IMG/VR virus record: IMGVR_UViG_3300034684_000096
Span: 32,001 to 96,000 of that record
Length of the DNA: 64,000 nt
Direction: 5' to 3' (one strand)
Source of the DNA: a virus
Every line of letters begins with the position of its first letter. The first letter of the stretch is position 1. The notes under the pieces are model-generated. The model was not told where the DNA came from. It did no database searches and worked only from the letters and a program-made list of their open reading frames with translations. The position numbers were made by a program, and so were the translations under genes. Below are positions 10,215-20,621 of the stretch, one piece after another.

Positions 10215-10238
10215 GTACTATGGGTGTTGTCAATAGTG

Positions 10239-10544
10239 TTAATCTACAAATTCCAAATCTTTTGCCGTCAGTCTTTCTACAGGAAGGCTACACTTTTCCC
10301 CCCAATAGATAGTTCCCGTACCATCTAATGCAATGTAGAGCTTATCTCCAGCAATCAATCTCACAGCATACACAACCATACCTTCATAGATACTATCATT
10401 TTGTATTACCCCATATTCTCCGATATTCAACTCATACATGGGAATAAACTCATTTTTGTCTTTACATCTAGCTCTCATATTACAACGTCTCCTTATTTCC
10501 AGCAAACCATAGCTGGTAACTTCTACTCTTAGCTTTAAAACCAA
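10239..10544 (-). CDS. Hypothetical protein, paralog of 48864-49106; true start probably at MRARC
   Basis: Shared MxxLxxGxxxxV...EG...DGTG...CxLxVxxL pattern. Confidence 0.65.
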   Translation of the reverse strand: MVLKLRVEVTSYGLLEIRRRCNMRARCKDKNEFIPMYELNIGEYGVIQNDSIYEGMVVYAVRLIAGDKLYIALDGTGTIYWGEKCSLPVERLTAKDLEFVD

Positions 10545-11586
10545 TACTCTGGTCAGTCATACTTCTCCACACCAAGCCTTCCCTAGGCACATCAGCCAAT
10601 ACACTTGTACCTTCGCAATCTTTCAATACTTCATCCAATGTATCAGGCAAGGTAACTCCTGTACCTACAAGCGGTACCATTAAAAGGTCGTGCTTAAAAC
10701 AGAATTGTTGCAACTCATTGAAATTAAATGCTTCCCCTGTATCAACATCTGTGACCTTATAGACAAACAACATAGGCATCTTCAACCCATAAATATTCTT
10801 CTGAACATCTGGACCGCAAACCTCACCCTGTATACAAAGATTACGTTTTTCGCTCCTAAGAATTCTCTCAAGTCCGTATATCTTACCGACTCTAGCCCAT
10901 AGGTTATTGTCGTTAGAATTACGAATTACATTGTGAGAAAACACTAGATACTTCCTTCGCTTTCCATAGAGTAGCCATGCTCCGGCACTTCCCTCACACT
11001 TTTCGGTCACATAAAAACGCTCATCTGGTCTCTGCTCTTTATATGCATTAAACAACTTCTCAATATTCGTTTCATCAGACTTCTGTACTGTTTCTGGGTA
11101 CTGCCTAATTTTCTTACCACGAATCTTTGCATACAGTTTTCTAAACCACTTGAACCGCATGAAAAACAGCATAATAGGGTTCTTATGTTTATTCTGAATC
11201 TGTTGCTTACCCTGTAGTTCCTCTGGGTCATATTTACGAATACCTAGTACCTCCGATACATCAGCACCCTCTTTAATTACAAAGTCTTCTGGAAGAATGT
11301 CCAAATTGAATGCAATGCCCGAAGAGTACATCCCACACATTTTCATGTTTCTAATTCTGAACCCATCATACAGTTTAGAATATGAATTTTTTCTTAAAAA
11401 CTCAAACTCTGGTTTAACAGGAAGCAAGGTGTCGTAAAAAATATAAACACACAAATCTCCTTCTTTAAACTGGTCTTTCTGTACAATAACCGGATAGTTT
11501 TCAATCGTTGCTTTCACAACCCTATCATACTTTGGAATAGGTTCAATCTTCTGAACCTTTGCTATAATTGCTAAATCTCTTGCCAT
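10480..11586 (-). CDS. ATP-dependent RNA ligase (DRB0094/Rnl5-like, N-terminal OB domain)
   Basis: N-terminal LAIIAKV..IEPIP..DR OB domain; KxxG motif TEKCEGS; QGEVCGP; REGLVWR; FKAKS. Confidence 0.9.
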   Translation of the reverse strand: MARDLAIIAKVQKIEPIPKYDRVVKATIENYPVIVQKDQFKEGDLCVYIFYDTLLPVKPEFEFLRKNSYSKLYDGFRIRNMKMCGMYSSGIAFNLDILPEDFVIKEGADVSEVLGIRKYDPEELQGKQQIQNKHKNPIMLFFMRFKWFRKLYAKIRGKKIRQYPETVQKSDETNIEKLFNAYKEQRPDERFYVTEKCEGSAGAWLLYGKRRKYLVFSHNVIRNSNDNNLWARVGKIYGLERILRSEKRNLCIQGEVCGPDVQKNIYGLKMPMLFVYKVTDVDTGEAFNFNELQQFCFKHDLLMVPLVGTGVTLPDTLDEVLKDCEGTSVLADVPREGLVWRSMTDQSIGFKAKSRSYQLWFAGNKETL

Positions 11587-11662
11587 TGTATTACCTCTAT
11601 TATTTGTTTTATGAAATACGACTCAATATTTATAAAAATTCTTCACGTACATGCTACTTTTA

Positions 11663-11908
11663 TTAAATAATATTTCCACGAACGTCAATTTTCTTTCCTG
11701 TCTTTAGTGCTTCATATATCTCACCAATGCGCTCTGGTTTTGCAACAATATTATAGCAACGCTCAATGTGTTTATTTTTATTACTTCTTTCATACAAGCT
11801 ATGGTCACTTACTCTATATCTTCTACCCCTTATGGTAAAATAAAATGAGTTATTACATTTATTAATACGATTCTCCCAACAAAATTGTTCAATATCATAT
11901 TCATCCAT
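11663..11908 (-). CDS. Hypothetical protein (SxYF...RVSDH type)
   Basis: ORF track. Confidence 0.65.
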   Translation of the reverse strand: MDEYDIEQFCWENRINKCNNSFYFTIRGRRYRVSDHSLYERSNKNKHIERCYNIVAKPERIGEIYEALKTGKKIDVRGNII

Positions 11909-11912
11909 TATT

Positions 11913-12128
11913 CTACAACTCCTCTGCCTTCTTCCTACTTATTTCATACTCATGTTTTTTATATTCTTCATGAAATGATTTATATGCATCTAATGATTCA
12001 CATGCATAGTCACCAGTTACTTTGCATCTATTACATTCACATCTATACCTAGGTATACCAAATCTTGTGTAGTCCCTACATAAGAATATCTTTCCTCCAC
12101 ACTTACACAACTCAATATATTTTCTCAT
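11913..12128 (-). CDS. Small Cys-rich (Lar-like zinc ribbon) protein
   Basis: CKCGG...CECNRC. Confidence 0.6.
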   Translation of the reverse strand: MRKYIELCKCGGKIFLCRDYTRFGIPRYRCECNRCKVTGDYACESLDAYKSFHEEYKKHEYEISRKKAEEL

Positions 12129-12131
12129 AAT

Positions 12132-12359
12132 TTACCCCCATGAAGAAAATATCAAATTGACGTACAAAATATTCCCACAAATGATAATTAGCAAAAGTCC
12201 TACGGTAATTAATGTTGCAGTCAAAGTAAATCTTCGTACAAATTTTTTAATAGCATAGGTATCACTACGCTTACTTTCTTCATATACTTTTTGTATAAAA
12301 CCAATATACCAAGTAGAAAACACAAGAAGCAAAATTCCTAATACTAAACCAAATAGCAT
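12132..12359 (-). CDS. Small membrane protein
   Basis: Two hydrophobic helices; GAGG RBS. Confidence 0.65.
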   Translation of the reverse strand: MLFGLVLGILLLVFSTWYIGFIQKVYEESKRSDTYAIKKFVRRFTLTATLITVGLLLIIICGNILYVNLIFSSWG

Positions 12360-12418
12360 ATATATCCCTCACATTAGGTACAGGCGTTTATTTTACACCT
12401 GTACCTTAGTACAAACAC

Positions 12419-12994
12419 TTAATTAAACACTTTTCCTAGTGGGTCACCGTACTTATCAACAAAGTAATACATACAATGTTCTGTGTTGTTAAATTGCAAC
12501 ATTTTATCAGCACCATCATTTCTTACAAAAGCCAAAGTAAATCCATTAATAGTATTAGCAAATGCAAGTCTATACTCTTCATCATCCAACCCATAAACTG
12601 GTGTGTTGAAATATTCTTTTACAAATTCTTCAATAGTATATGGGTGATATAGTGTTGCTGGTGCAAGAGTAAATGAATCTGGTTCAAATCCTTGCTTTAG
12701 CAATACCTTTGCTACCTTATTAATTTCAGTCAACATGAGTAATGTGGTATTACTAAACATGTTTCCATAATCCAAACTCGTAGATACCTCATTCGCAAGA
12801 AATGCATCAGCTCTCTTTTCTGCAATTTCACGACCTGTTTTTCTACTAAATCGTTTAAAATCTTGCGCAGAAAGTGTACTCCACCCTACTACATACCTAT
12901 TTGTTCCTTCTCTGAGTTTAAAGCACAGAGACCCGACCCACTGCCCATGATACTTCACATGTACAAATACTTTTCCATCTTTGTCAAATTTCAT
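12419..12994 (-). CDS. Hypothetical protein
   Basis: ORF with GAGGAG RBS; DxxxFSRKTGRxIA motif. Confidence 0.75.
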   Translation of the reverse strand: MKFDKDGKVFVHVKYHGQWVGSLCFKLREGTNRYVVGWSTLSAQDFKRFSRKTGREIAEKRADAFLANEVSTSLDYGNMFSNTTLLMLTEINKVAKVLLKQGFEPDSFTLAPATLYHPYTIEEFVKEYFNTPVYGLDDEEYRLAFANTINGFTLAFVRNDGADKMLQFNNTEHCMYYFVDKYGDPLGKVFN

Positions 12995-12998
12995 TTAC

Positions 12999-13520
12999 TT
13001 ACTCCTCATTCTCAAAATCATCTTCATTAAAACATTCTTCGAAACATTTGTCAAGCTCTGATTCATCAATACTCAACGCTTTTACAATCTTTTTCACTTG
13101 ATTCAAATCACTTTCTGTTGCCTTCTCGTACCCTTGTCTAAAGATATATGCTGTATACCTACATTCGTCAATGTATTCCCCACTATCAATATCCAGAACT
13201 AAGTCTTTTGTGTAATCAATTGGTTGCCCGTAGCTATCAATATATTCTATAGCCTTAATCCTTATTACATCTAGATTTACTTCTTCCCCTTTAATAGTAA
13301 ATGGAGCTTTAAACAAGGTGACTTCCCAGTTCTCTGGCTCAACTGAACAAATCAGTGAAAGTTTACCAACCACTTCATGCAACTCTTTTGTCTCATAACT
13401 ACTAGAGTTAAACAAAGGACTAGTCTTTACTTTCCTTCTATGTCGTTCGATAACCCCAATTTCATTCTCGGTATCCTCAATAAAGTAGATATCCATGTGC
13501 CCATTAATCAGATACTGCAT
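12999..13520 (-). CDS. Hypothetical protein
   Basis: Packed ORF with GAGG RBS. Confidence 0.75.
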   Translation of the reverse strand: MQYLINGHMDIYFIEDTENEIGVIERHRRKVKTSPLFNSSSYETKELHEVVGKLSLICSVEPENWEVTLFKAPFTIKGEEVNLDVIRIKAIEYIDSYGQPIDYTKDLVLDIDSGEYIDECRYTAYIFRQGYEKATESDLNQVKKIVKALSIDESELDKCFEECFNEDDFENEE

Positions 13521-13523
13521 AAT

Positions 13524-14000
13524 TTACACCTCTTCTTCAGTAGTTTCTTCAACTTCTGGTTCTTCACCATTCATTTTTGCTAACGTTTCTAAATCCCACA
13601 CATCTCCCTCCTTCATTAAATCACCAAGAAACCTTGGTTGCAATGACTTTACTTCCAGTACTTCAAATTTCCAAAAAGCCTCAAGAATGAACAAGTCAAT
13701 TATTCCCTGTTCCCACTGGCTAATTGCTTTCTCATATAGTTTACCGAATACATCAGTAACTATAGTTGAAGCATACCACTGATTCTTCTTTTTGTCAATA
13801 GTTACTGTGTCTTTAAAACCAAATAAATCCAAATCATAAAGTATTGACTCAAAAGCTTTAGCCGAAGTATTTTTAGGGACCGAATCAAAGGTATGGTGTT
13901 CAATCAGTTCTCCTTTCTTGAGATTATCAATATCCTTCCCTAGTGCCTTGTACCCATAGAGATTTAGCACACATCTATATTGTTTCTTCATTCGCCCCAC
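13524..14000 (-). CDS. Hypothetical protein
   Basis: Packed ORF. Confidence 0.7.
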   Translation of the reverse strand: MGRMKKQYRCVLNLYGYKALGKDIDNLKKGELIEHHTFDSVPKNTSAKAFESILYDLDLFGFKDTVTIDKKKNQWYASTIVTDVFGKLYEKAISQWEQGIIDLFILEAFWKFEVLEVKSLQPRFLGDLMKEGDVWDLETLAKMNGEEPEVEETTEEEV

Positions 14001-14362
14001 TTCCTTGTTGATTCTTTTAGTTTGTACAGTCTTTTCTCTACGTCTGCTTTCCTTTCCCTAATTACGTCGTATTCTTCTTCTAATTCTTTAAGTTCAATAG
14101 GGAACTCTTTTACTTCACTGAACGTACTTACCATAAATTCTACTTGCTCAGTATATCCTTTAGCACTGCATCTAGCACAAAGGTATGGAAATGCTATTTC
14201 TTCCCCATGATACTTACACACTTTAGTGTCATCATAGGCGATAAACACCACTTCTTCCCAATCACTATCTTTTGCAATCCTAGCTAAAACTGGTTCGCCA
14301 AGTTTAAACTCACAACTCATATTAATTACCTCTCTATTTTTCTTCAATAAATGTACCAGCAT
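13988..14362 (-). CDS. Hypothetical protein; true start probably at MSCEF
   Basis: GAGG RBS before the internal ATG; paralog of 14334-14516. Confidence 0.7.
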   Translation of the reverse strand: MLVHLLKKNREVINMSCEFKLGEPVLARIAKDSDWEEVVFIAYDDTKVCKYHGEEIAFPYLCARCSAKGYTEQVEFMVSTFSEVKEFPIELKELEEEYDVIRERKADVEKRLYKLKESTRKWGE

Positions 14363-14516
14363 GGAATTTTATCACTTGTTCACGACTAGTGCCATTGGTC
14401 TTAGTACGAATATACGGAAACACCTCTTCTTCCCCGTGATTTATCTGTACTTTTATTCTACCACACGTAAAAGATGGGTTTTTATCTGACTGCCCTACTT
14501 TAAACTCACCGCTCAT
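14334..14516 (-). CDS. Shortened paralog of 13988-14362
   Basis: MSGEFKVG vs MSCEFKLG; HGEEEVFPY vs HGEEIAFPY; near-identical RBS region. Confidence 0.6.
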   Translation of the reverse strand: MSGEFKVGQSDKNPSFTCGRIKVQINHGEEEVFPYIRTKTNGTSREQVIKFHAGTFIEEK

Positions 14517-14630
14517 ATTGATTACCTCTCTATCTTACTCTCATTTGCATGAGGATTGTCTGTACTGTATCTTCTATATAAAGTTAATAAACTATTTAAC
14601 TTATTATAACAAATGCAGTACAGATTCATT

Positions 14631-15230
14631 TTACACTATTTCCCAGCTTACCAGAAAATCCTTCTCAACCTTTGATTTAATCCACAAAAACAATCCTTTC
14701 CCTACATACGGTTTTGTATGCATAGTACTGTATACTGGTATCTTATACCCATAGGGAATATCCCCAGTGAAGTTCAACCAGAAATTATACAATTTAAACT
14801 TCAAGTACTGCCCCCACTTTTCTACATTATTGGTAGGGAAATACCCACAGTAATGTATATACCAAGCCAACCTTTCATCATATTTAATAGGATACACAAC
14901 CTCTTTCATTGCTTCCTTCACTTGCCAATCTTGTATATCCTCAATAGGTCGGTCACTCCGGTACAACAACTGTGCTCTAGATGGTTTGAACTTATCGATA
15001 TTATTGAATGGCTGAGCAAACAACTGGAAATATCTCTTACCATCATCTTCTTCCACCATCCATAATCCAAACAGCCATCTCTTAAGACCCTTTACTTGAA
15101 AATGTATAACAGAATACTCGTCAAACGCGAAGACAAAATAGCTATTGTGAAAAACAATGTCTTTCATGACAAATTTATGATTTTTCATCATATCACAAAA
15201 CATGTCGAACAATTCTTTTCGTCTTTCCAT
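14631..15230 (-). CDS. Hypothetical protein
   Basis: ORF behind a sigma70 promoter with AGGAG RBS. Confidence 0.75.
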   Translation of the reverse strand: MERRKELFDMFCDMMKNHKFVMKDIVFHNSYFVFAFDEYSVIHFQVKGLKRWLFGLWMVEEDDGKRYFQLFAQPFNNIDKFKPSRAQLLYRSDRPIEDIQDWQVKEAMKEVVYPIKYDERLAWYIHYCGYFPTNNVEKWGQYLKFKLYNFWLNFTGDIPYGYKIPVYSTMHTKPYVGKGLFLWIKSKVEKDFLVSWEIV

Positions 15231-15283
15231 CTCTTATCTCCTTATATCTCCATTATACACCAGTGTTGTCTACTTGTCAAGAG

Positions 15284-15670
15284 TTATTCTTCAACTTTTT
15301 TAAAATCCAATGAAGGGATAAACCAATCGTCATCTATGATATGACCAATAGCATAGATTTTGTTCCAATCACTGTATATCCTCACTGTTTTACCCTTCAA
15401 ATCTTCCCATCTATCTACTCCTGCAATCTCCAATACTCGGTAAATAAAATGCCCAGCAAACGAATTTACATTATGGTAGGTATATTCTGGTGGTAGGTAT
15501 AATGACCATCCACCAAATGCTTGATAAAAGCCGTCCTCCACCTGTGTGCCAATGAAACACGAAAGTATTCCATGGTCCTCAATCTCCAGCATTACATTAT
15601 CGATAACTGCATTCTTAATAGTAGCTTTCTCAGTAACAGGCAAATCATTCTTTGTTGTCTTATATACCAT
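15284..15670 (-). CDS. Conserved phage hypothetical protein
   Basis: NAVI...IEDHGIL...QAFGG...AGVDRWEDLKGK...AIGHI. Confidence 0.8.
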   Translation of the reverse strand: MVYKTTKNDLPVTEKATIKNAVIDNVMLEIEDHGILSCFIGTQVEDGFYQAFGGWSLYLPPEYTYHNVNSFAGHFIYRVLEIAGVDRWEDLKGKTVRIYSDWNKIYAIGHIIDDDWFIPSLDFKKVEE

Positions 15671-16223
15671 ATTGAACCTCCTTTATTGGTTCATACATTA
15701 ATCGGTACACATAATCTTCATGATTAGTTCCAACTTCCAAACCAGTATACAATGTAGCAATCTCTTTATCTACACTATATACTTTACGTACATGCATATA
15801 TGACTTAGCAAGAAACGGTTCATCTGACATGTATTGCTCAATGTAATCTGGTGATACACAATAATGAAACAACATACCTTCAACAACCGAAGCCCCTAGA
15901 TAAAACGTAGGTACCCAACTTTCACTATTTGATTCTCTACACATTACTACCTGTCCGTAATCATACTCATACGGTTCATCAATGATTTTTCTTTGCGTAC
16001 TTTTTAGTTTTACAAGGTCTTCCTTGTATTTATTCTGCGCTAGAATATCCACTAGTTCAGCAATTGTGTATGTTTTATTGTCACTACAATTCATAAACTG
16101 CTCTTGACATGATGAATCAGAAAATCCACCAAGTATACCAAACACTTTAATAAACTCTGGCATTGTCAATATTGCATACCTATTTTCACTTACTTTCAAT
16201 GAAACTGCTATTGTAGCCATCAA
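15660..16223 (-). CDS. Hypothetical protein
   Basis: ORF with AGGAG RBS. Confidence 0.7.
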   Translation of the reverse strand: MMATIAVSLKVSENRYAILTMPEFIKVFGILGGFSDSSCQEQFMNCSDNKTYTIAELVDILAQNKYKEDLVKLKSTQRKIIDEPYEYDYGQVVMCRESNSESWVPTFYLGASVVEGMLFHYCVSPDYIEQYMSDEPFLAKSYMHVRKVYSVDKEIATLYTGLEVGTNHEDYVYRLMYEPIKEVQYGI

Positions 16224-16303
16224 TTACTCCTTATATTATGATTGTATCATTCCCATAAAAATATTCACTCTAACTATAATATGTAAAGAGAGTATATATT
16301 TTA

Positions 16304-16624
16304 TCAATTCTTTGGAAAAGAATCAATGATTCTTTTTGCAAGTTCTTTTGCGCTTCCCTTGTAAGCAATTTTATTTGCTTCCTTATCCCCCATGTCTGGA
16401 ACAAGTGCATCCCCTAGGGCAATATTGATATCCAACACGTAAGTAACAATATGAATTACTTTCAACAGCTTGATATAGTCATCTGGATAAAAATTGCTGT
16501 CCTCCGGTACTACATAGATATGGTCATCTGGACTGTCTATCCACTGCTCTTGATACTCCCCATTTCCCAAATTCTTCACATCGCTGGTTACAAATCTAAA
16601 CGCTTTTGTAATACTTACTTTCAC
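16304..16624 (-). CDS. Hypothetical protein
   Basis: Packed ORF with AGGAG RBS. Confidence 0.7.
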   Translation of the reverse strand: MKVSITKAFRFVTSDVKNLGNGEYQEQWIDSPDDHIYVVPEDSNFYPDDYIKLLKVIHIVTYVLDINIALGDALVPDMGDKEANKIAYKGSAKELAKRIIDSFPKN

Positions 16625-16896
16625 ATAATACTCCTTATATGTTTTATATATGCATCATATATTTCATTAAAATACATATTTCTTTCTTCAGTGCTTTCAA
16701 ACACTCCCTTGTAGTTATCAGAAAATCGATGCTGGTATATTGATTCACCGCTTTCATCTGGATACCATGCACTTAATCCCCCATAGCGCAATCTTACATA
16801 TAGTACTTGCTTGCCTTTCCTATATATCTCGTATTGTTCTGGGCAACCACCACATGACATGGAAACATCAAACTCATTCAATTCAAAATTATTCAT
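16621..16896 (-). CDS. Conserved phage hypothetical protein
   Basis: CxxCPEQY...YVRLRYG motif. Confidence 0.75.
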   Translation of the reverse strand: MNNFELNEFDVSMSCGGCPEQYEIYRKGKQVLYVRLRYGGLSAWYPDESGESIYQHRFSDNYKGVFESTEERNMYFNEIYDAYIKHIRSIM

Positions 16897-17530
16897 TTAC
16901 TTTCCTCTCATCTTTTACAATCTCTTGTTTAAAAACAAACCCTAGTTCATAGTTTCTGTTCTCTCCCTTTGGGTAAGGAAGAACAGGATAGCGCATTTGC
17001 TCTTTCCACAATCTCCTTAACTTCTTATCACTGGTGCAAAAATACACATACCGATGTTTTGGTGTCCGTACTTTCCTCAATCCTGTTTGCTTACTATGTT
17101 TATAGTGTCTGGAATGTTTGTTTCCTTCAGTGTACATATCAGTACGCTTTTTTGTTACTCCAGTATACATAAAATTAGTAGCTTGGTATATGTACCCATT
17201 ATGATTCATCCCTGTATCAGAAAATGAAACCACAATCCAATTCTTACTTCTCAATGAACGTAAGCATAGGCCAACAAACTTACTTAACGGTTCAGTCAAA
17301 TCCTCTTCTCTACATAATCTATTCAATTCATATACAGAAGCCTTAAACTCCTCACCCATAATTCCCCTACATAAAGAAGGGCTTGCTGGTTTGCCGAACG
17401 TACATACCGCCATCAACCTGTCTTGGTCGTACCATCCATATGCTACCGACACAACAGGCTTTCTTCCACTGTAGTGTCTCGGTAGCAAAAAGTCAATAGC
17501 GGTTGTATAATCAATCTCCTTGAATACCAT
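16889..17530 (-). CDS. Mom-like DNA modification protein (GNAT-fold adenine modifier)
   Basis: RHYSGR, AVCTFGKPASP, ELNRLC, VSFSD...HNGYIYQATNFMYTG, KHRYVYF; start taken at MVFKE. Confidence 0.8.
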   Translation of the reverse strand: MVFKEIDYTTAIDFLLPRHYSGRKPVVSVAYGWYDQDRLMAVCTFGKPASPSLCRGIMGEEFKASVYELNRLCREEDLTEPLSKFVGLCLRSLRSKNWIVVSFSDTGMNHNGYIYQATNFMYTGVTKKRTDMYTEGNKHSRHYKHSKQTGLRKVRTPKHRYVYFCTSDKKLRRLWKEQMRYPVLPYPKGENRNYELGFVFKQEIVKDERKVNE

Positions 17531-17531
17531 A

Positions 17532-18638
17532 CTATGTAAGATACAGGTTACTGTTCTTGGTACTAGAGATACCACCACGAATGGCTACGTTCTTTCCAGC
17601 ATTGATACCAGAATCATAAGCACCTCTATCACTGACATTTACCTTACTTCTCGTAGTCCTAAAACCACTGAAGCCGTAGATATACTGTTTTGCCAATTTA
17701 CCATTTTCTTCTTGATATTCCACAACTTCAGTACCTGTAGCTTCAACCTCCTGTTTTTTAAATCTTTCATGCATGGACCTAGATACGCCAGCATAGAAAG
17801 AAGTCTTTGAACCATAAGAGAAGTTATTACTCTTCTTTGCTTCCTTGTAGTATCTTTCCAGTTCCTTTTGCAAGTAATCAAAGAGATAAGAGGCAACCTC
17901 ACATTCTGTTTTTGTTCCATGAGCGTATGCTACACTTGCTACCCCATCATTAGACAACAAGAGCCAACAACCGGAAATTTTACAAGCGATATTTGCAACC
18001 GTCTTCAATTCTTGTGTATACTTCTTATACCTCACCAATCCTATGCGATAGATATTTGACTCATTATTTGAAGTATCATGGATACCATACGACTGCATAA
18101 GTTCTTTCGCTTTCGCCCAAGCTAAAGAAGCTTCATTCACATTATCACTTTCGGATAGCGCAAGTAGTTTCTTCACTTTATTCAATACATGGGAAGTCTG
18201 TTCAACTTGGGTAATCTTATGGGTCAATGAAGCATTACTTTGTTCAATACCTATAGCTTCACAAATGTACTTGAATGAACCATCATGTCCCATATGGTGG
18301 TACAATTGCTCGTCAATGAAATGTGCTACCTCATGCTCTACAACTTCCTTGAACGTATCATAGGATACACTCTCTGACAGCAATTCATCAGAAAAGAAGA
18401 AATGGTTGTTGTTATATTCTGCATGATAGTAACCAAGGCACTTCTCGGAATTAGGGCTAACCAAATTTGGTGAAAAAGTCACATAGTTTCTGTTAAAGTT
18501 CTTAGACAGGTAATGTGAAAAGACCATTGGCTTATCTTCAAGATTATTCCACTTACCTATCGTTGCAAGAATGATATCATCGGCAACCTTAGCCATGAAT
18601 TTTGTTCTCTTTGAATACTGCTCAAGTTTAAAAGTCAT
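17532..18638 (-). CDS. SprT-like zinc metalloprotease fused to a DUF2786 domain
   Basis: HEVAH...HDGSF SprT motif; KVKKLLALSES...EA..A..KAKELM DUF2786 signature. Confidence 0.82.
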   Translation of the reverse strand: MTFKLEQYSKRTKFMAKVADDIILATIGKWNNLEDKPMVFSHYLSKNFNRNYVTFSPNLVSPNSEKCLGYYHAEYNNNHFFFSDELLSESVSYDTFKEVVEHEVAHFIDEQLYHHMGHDGSFKYICEAIGIEQSNASLTHKITQVEQTSHVLNKVKKLLALSESDNVNEASLAWAKAKELMQSYGIHDTSNNESNIYRIGLVRYKKYTQELKTVANIACKISGCWLLLSNDGVASVAYAHGTKTECEVASYLFDYLQKELERYYKEAKKSNNFSYGSKTSFYAGVSRSMHERFKKQEVEATGTEVVEYQEENGKLAKQYIYGFSGFRTTRSKVNVSDRGAYDSGINAGKNVAIRGGISSTKNSNLYLT

Positions 18639-18700
18639 TTGTTTCTCCTTATACCTTCATTCTACCATAGGTTAACTAGTCTGTCAAGAGATATGAAGAA

Positions 18701-18919
18701 TTATTCTTCATCATTACCAAGCACTTCCTCAATATATTCAATTACTAGACCGTTATTCCATAACAACTCATCCATGTAGGCAATGTCCGTTAATGCTTCA
18801 TTTTTATCTACTGGAATAGATAAATCCCCATAAGCAAATTTCGTTGCTTCTGACTCTCTGATAAAATCTAATGCTTCTTGTTTTGTCATCTTCTCTTCCT
18901 TATATATACATTCTACCAT
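18701..18919 (-). CDS. Hypothetical protein; true start probably at MTKQE
   Basis: ORF behind a promoter. Confidence 0.65.
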   Translation of the reverse strand: MVECIYKEEKMTKQEALDFIRESEATKFAYGDLSIPVDKNEALTDIAYMDELLWNNGLVIEYIEEVLGNDEE

Positions 18920-18934
18920 GGGTAAGAGATATTG

Positions 18935-19552
18935 TCAATCCATTTTAATCGGATTTCTAAACGAATTTTTATCAAACCCATGAATAGATGCCTTTTCTTC
19001 ATCACTCATAGCTAAGGTTACATCCTTGTCATTGTTCAATGAGGAAATATAGGTTGATAGAGTTTTCCACAGTTCAAACTTATCAATCACTTTCGTAACA
19101 ATTGTATCCTTAAGAATAGGCAATGAAACAATTGTATGGTAAGACACACGTCTTCCCAATTCATCGGTAGAGGCCGGTACGCCGTACTTTCTTGTGAAGA
19201 TAGGAATATAGTTGTCCACCTGTGCTAACGCCATTACAGTGTCATTAAACAGCTTCTTGTGCTCTCTGTATACTCTTGCTAATTCAATATCAAAAGAAAC
19301 CTCTGTATAGTAGTCAGTCACTCCCTTGATATGATACAGTTTAAGCAAATATTGGGTATCCCCTACTTCCAACACTAGATACAAATCACGTGCTCTGGTT
19401 TCATTATAAAACCCACCATAATTAGCAATATTAAAGAGCATAGTATTAGTAAGATTGATTGAACCACGTCTATCAAACACCACTTTCTTGTCTACTCCAT
19501 AGATATGAGACAAATAATCATAATAGTCTTTGTTTTTATCAATAATATACAT
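18935..19552 (-). CDS. Conserved phage hypothetical protein
   Basis: MYIIDKNKDYYD...HGFDKNSFR. Confidence 0.8.
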   Translation of the reverse strand: MYIIDKNKDYYDYLSHIYGVDKKVVFDRRGSINLTNTMLFNIANYGGFYNETRARDLYLVLEVGDTQYLLKLYHIKGVTDYYTEVSFDIELARVYREHKKLFNDTVMALAQVDNYIPIFTRKYGVPASTDELGRRVSYHTIVSLPILKDTIVTKVIDKFELWKTLSTYISSLNNDKDVTLAMSDEEKASIHGFDKNSFRNPIKMD

Positions 19553-19563
19553 GTATTATGCTC

Positions 19564-19992
19564 CTAACCAGTTATAATGGTTACAAAAAAATCTTTAGAG
19601 AGAATGGTCATGGTGCCAAAGTCATAGCTAAATAGGATATCCTGTTCGAATGTTACAACCTTCCCAAAGTTAATTGGCGCACTTGTGTCAAACTTATCAA
19701 CTAAACTAATATCAACTAAACCAATGACACCAGCGTCTACAGGGAAGTCACAATCAAAATTTTCACCTCTCCCCCTATAATATCCATCTCCATATGCAGT
19801 AGACAATACAGCAAACTGTTTACCATCCACATCATACAAACCATCATCAAAAGAGAATTTCTTACCCCAATACTTTTGGTAAATGTCTTCATTCAATGCA
19901 TAGCAAATATCACCAATGTAATATGTACCAGCTTTTACTTTCAATAGACTAAATTGTCTTGACTCGGCTTTATCCAATTGCTTAACGTTCAT
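19564..19992 (-). CDS. Conserved phage hypothetical protein
   Basis: YYIGDICY, TAYGDG, FPVDAGVIGLV. Confidence 0.8.
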   Translation of the reverse strand: MNVKQLDKAESRQFSLLKVKAGTYYIGDICYALNEDIYQKYWGKKFSFDDGLYDVDGKQFAVLSTAYGDGYYRGRGENFDCDFPVDAGVIGLVDISLVDKFDTSAPINFGKVVTFEQDILFSYDFGTMTILSKDFFVTIITG

Positions 19993-20033
19993 TTGTTTTC
20001 CTCTCTTATATATACAGTATATAGTATTTTATA

Positions 20034-20285
20034 TTACTTGTCAATAGGTAAAACATCAATATGATATTTTTTATCTTTATCAAAATCATGATGAAACTGC
20101 ATTATGTCATCATAATCAAATAAGTTAATGTATGTGAGAATAGTTGTCTTTTTATCATAAAAGTAGGCTATAAACTTACCTCCCCAATTGGTACAATCTT
20201 TTTTAGCATTCTTTAATGCTTTATTAAATGTAGGATTACCTAATGTTTCAACGACCTCAAATCCATGCTGATGTGTAATAATCAT
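20034..20285 (-). CDS. Hypothetical protein
   Basis: ORF with GAGG RBS. Confidence 0.65.
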   Translation of the reverse strand: MIITHQHGFEVVETLGNPTFNKALKNAKKDCTNWGGKFIAYFYDKKTTILTYINLFDYDDIMQFHHDFDKDKKYHIDVLPIDK

Positions 20286-20294
20286 ATATAACCT

Positions 20295-20609
20295 CTAACT
20301 ATCTCTATTTGCAATGGTAAGCACTTTAGTTGCCACACTACCTAATACTCTATCACTCGGCATATAAGGTCTAAGCACCTCAACCAATTCTTCTACTGTC
20401 CAATCCTCAAACTTCCCTCTATTAACGATATCACCAGTGAGTGCAAACCACGCTCCAAAAGCAGTTACATCATCTTCATGTGCTTCTATTATTTTCGGGT
20501 TACCAACTTGTTTAATAATATATAAAGTCATCCCACCGATAGTAACAAACCCTATTTCATAAGCTCTGTCTTTTGCAATCAAATTAAAATCTAATTCTAT
20601 GTTATCCAT
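20295..20609 (-). CDS. Hypothetical protein
   Basis: Packed ORF. Confidence 0.7.
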   Translation of the reverse strand: MDNIELDFNLIAKDRAYEIGFVTIGGMTLYIIKQVGNPKIIEAHEDDVTAFGAWFALTGDIVNRGKFEDWTVEELVEVLRPYMPSDRVLGSVATKVLTIANRDS

Positions 20610-20621
20610 AATTATTACCCT

